NCBI GenBank assembly: GCA_018992685.1
Contig: JACVGT010000021.1
Coordinates: 1 to 64,000 of the forward strand
Reading direction: 5' to 3'
DNA: 64,000 bases
Source of the DNA: Theionarchaea archaeon
Lineage (GTDB): Archaea; Methanobacteriota_B; Thermococci; Methanofastidiosales; SZ-28-30
The position numbers were made by a program, and so were the translations under genes. Every line of letters begins with the position of its first letter. The first letter of the stretch is position 1. Under the pieces are notes generated by a model. The model was not told the origin of the DNA. It saw only the letters and a list, made by a program, of their open reading frames with translations, and ran no database searches. Positions 62,013 to 64,000 of this stretch are shown here, one piece after another.

Positions 62013-62252
62013 AGTTTCCTTTTTTCTTCTTTTCCTTTCTTTTCTCTTCCCGCCTATTACTTTCTCTTGGTTCATTCTGCCTTGGTTGTTTTCCTTTTCA
62101 ATCACAGTCGACTTTTCCTTCTGTGAGCGTTTCAGCAGCCATTCATCGTTAGGTAAAACGGAAGGTTGGAGATACTTTTGCATGGAACCACCACAACTCT
62201 GCATCAAAGAGTGCAGGGAAAAGAATTTAAAACGCTGCACCAACCTCATACC

Positions 62253-63365
62253 ATGACATACAAGATCGCTGTTCTGCCAGGTGACGGCATTGGCAATGAT
62301 GTTATGGATGCTGCCAAAATCGTGCTCGACAAGATCAATCTGGATGCAGAATACCTCCATGGCGACGTTGGATGGGAATTCTGGTGTAAGGAGGGTAATC
62401 CTCTCCCGGAACGTACTATTACTCTTTTGAAAGAAAGCGATTGCTGCCTGTTCGGAGCAATCACCTCAAAACCAAAAGAAGAAGCAGCTAAGGAGCTCGC
62501 TCCTCACCTGCGTGACACAGGCCTGTCCTACTACTCTCCCATTGTGGCCATGAGACAGCTGTTCGGTCTGTACGTAAACATGAGGCCCTGCAAGTCCTAT
62601 CAGGGAAACCCTCTCAATTATCGAGATGACATTGACATTGTGGTATTCAGGGAGAACACGGAAGGACTGTACGCAGGCGTTGAATTTCACCCCGTCCCTG
62701 ACCAGGTGAGGACCGCATTGTCCGTGCATGCCAAGATGGCAGCCTTCAAAGATGTGGCTAATGAAGATATGGCAATTTCCTGCAGGATCTTCACTCGAAA
62801 AGGCTGTCAAAGAATTGTGAGAGCTGCTTTCGAATACGCAAAGAAGTTCAACAGGAAGACCGTGACAGTCATTGAGAAACCCAATGTTATCAGGGAAACC
62901 AGCGGACTCATGATCCGAGAAGCCAGGAATATTGCCCGGGAATACCCTGATATCGAGATGTGGGAGACAAATGTCGATGCCATGGCCATGTGGTTGATAA
63001 AGAATCCCCAGGACTACTCTGTTCTGGTCACTTCGAATTTGTTCGGAGATATCATCTCTGACTTGTGCGCTCAGTTAGTGGGAGGCCTCGGATTCGCCTC
63101 TGCGGCTAATATGTCAGAATCTTTTGCTGTCTTTGAGCCCACACATGGATCAGCTCCAAAGTACGCGGGGCAGCACAAGGTCAATCCCACGGCGATGTTA
63201 CTAGCTGTGAAATTAATGCTGGACTGGTTGGGAGAAAAGGAGGATGCTCGAGCTCTGGAGCAGGCCATAGCCACTGTTGTTAAAGAAGGGAGGTTCAGGA
63301 CATACGACATGGGGGGAACAAGTTCAACCCTCGAAGTGGCCCAGGAAGTAGCAAATAAGCTGTAA
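62253..63365 (+). CDS. Isocitrate/isopropylmalate (homoisocitrate-like) dehydrogenase
   Basis: LPGDGIG, RENTEGLY, NLFGDIISD, FEPTHGSAP. Confidence 0.93.
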   Translation: MTYKIAVLPGDGIGNDVMDAAKIVLDKINLDAEYLHGDVGWEFWCKEGNPLPERTITLLKESDCCLFGAITSKPKEEAAKELAPHLRDTGLSYYSPIVAMRQLFGLYVNMRPCKSYQGNPLNYRDDIDIVVFRENTEGLYAGVEFHPVPDQVRTALSVHAKMAAFKDVANEDMAISCRIFTRKGCQRIVRAAFEYAKKFNRKTVTVIEKPNVIRETSGLMIREARNIAREYPDIEMWETNVDAMAMWLIKNPQDYSVLVTSNLFGDIISDLCAQLVGGLGFASAANMSESFAVFEPTHGSAPKYAGQHKVNPTAMLLAVKLMLDWLGEKEDARALEQAIATVVKEGRFRTYDMGGTSSTLEVAQEVANKL

Positions 63366-63455
63366 CCTGCAGTCAGTACATATGAGTGTGTCCAGAAGAA
63401 ATCTGGGAACAGAAGAGTTATATATACTAACCAAGAGGACTAGCAGGTGATGAAC

Positions 63456-64000
63456 ATGTGGATACTTGCACCGATAACTTCGGTGATTGCACTGGTGTTC
63501 GCCAGTGTCATCGCGTATAGACTCATGAAGTTAGATCCTGGTACTGAGAAAATGAAAGAGATCTCAGAAGCAGTCCACCACGGAGCTATGACCTTCCTCA
63601 ATAAGGAATACAAATTCCTGGTCATATTTGCCGCGGTGGTCACTGTTGCTATCGCTCTGACTATTAATAGGGAAACCGCAGTCTGCTTTGCTGTGGGAGC
63701 CCTATTCTCTTCACTTTCTGGCAATATAGGTATGCGGATTGCCACTGCTGCCAATGCCAGAACTGCCCAGGCTGCCAAGAGCAGCATCACTGCTGGACTC
63801 CGAGCGGCGTTCAACTCTGGGACAGTCATGGGGATGTGTGTAGTGGGGTTGGGACTCCTGGGAGTGAGCATATTCTACTACATCTACGGGAATCCAGACA
63901 TCATCTACGGGTTTGGATTTGGAGCATCTTCCATTGCGTTGTTTGCCAGAGTAGGAGGCGGCATCTACACGAAAGCAGCTGACGTGGGTGCTGACCTTGT
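63456..64000 (+). CDS. hppA: Membrane Na+/H+-translocating pyrophosphatase (partial, runs off window)
   Basis: GTEKMKEIS...GAMTFL..EY, GMRIATAANART, ALFARVGGGIYTKAADVGADL. Confidence 0.95.
   Translation, partial: MWILAPITSVIALVFASVIAYRLMKLDPGTEKMKEISEAVHHGAMTFLNKEYKFLVIFAAVVTVAIALTINRETAVCFAVGALFSSLSGNIGMRIATAANARTAQAAKSSITAGLRAAFNSGTVMGMCVVGLGLLGVSIFYYIYGNPDIIYGFGFGASSIALFARVGGGIYTKAADVGADL

Overview
Euryarchaeal chromosome segment. The lineage is probably Theionarchaea or another Thermococci-related group; this is an inference from the Thermococcales-type RPA14, the RPA-radA pairing, polB, type A RNase P RNA, GGAGGTGA ribosome-binding sites and TATA/BRE promoters. Most of the window is housekeeping: pth2, minD, rpa, radA, purA, scpA, tRNA thiolase plus ubiquitin-like carrier, dph6, trpB2, polB, a leucine-catabolism cluster, hppA, tRNA-Val(GAC), tRNA-Thr(TGT) and RNase P RNA. 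It begins inside the left end of an IS481-like element. Best candidate for an undescribed system: an AT-rich island (~40.6-47.3 kb) at the 3' end of tRNA-Thr with a coupled four-gene operon (unknown protein, YwgA/Panacea-like double winged helix, HD phosphohydrolase, PRTase-like Cys-rich protein), suggestive of a nucleotide-centred defence/conflict system. Other candidates: a 7.2-10.2 kb operon with a DPBB-amphipathic-RCK_C protein and three tandem paralogous coiled-coil proteins; an M48 protease-prenyltransferase fusion; a secreted Gly-tailed peptide overlapping a tandem-wHTH regulator; several unannotated structured intergenic RNAs and micro-transcripts; apparent ATA/ATT start codons. All assignments come from motif recognition by eye. 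No searches or folding programs were run.
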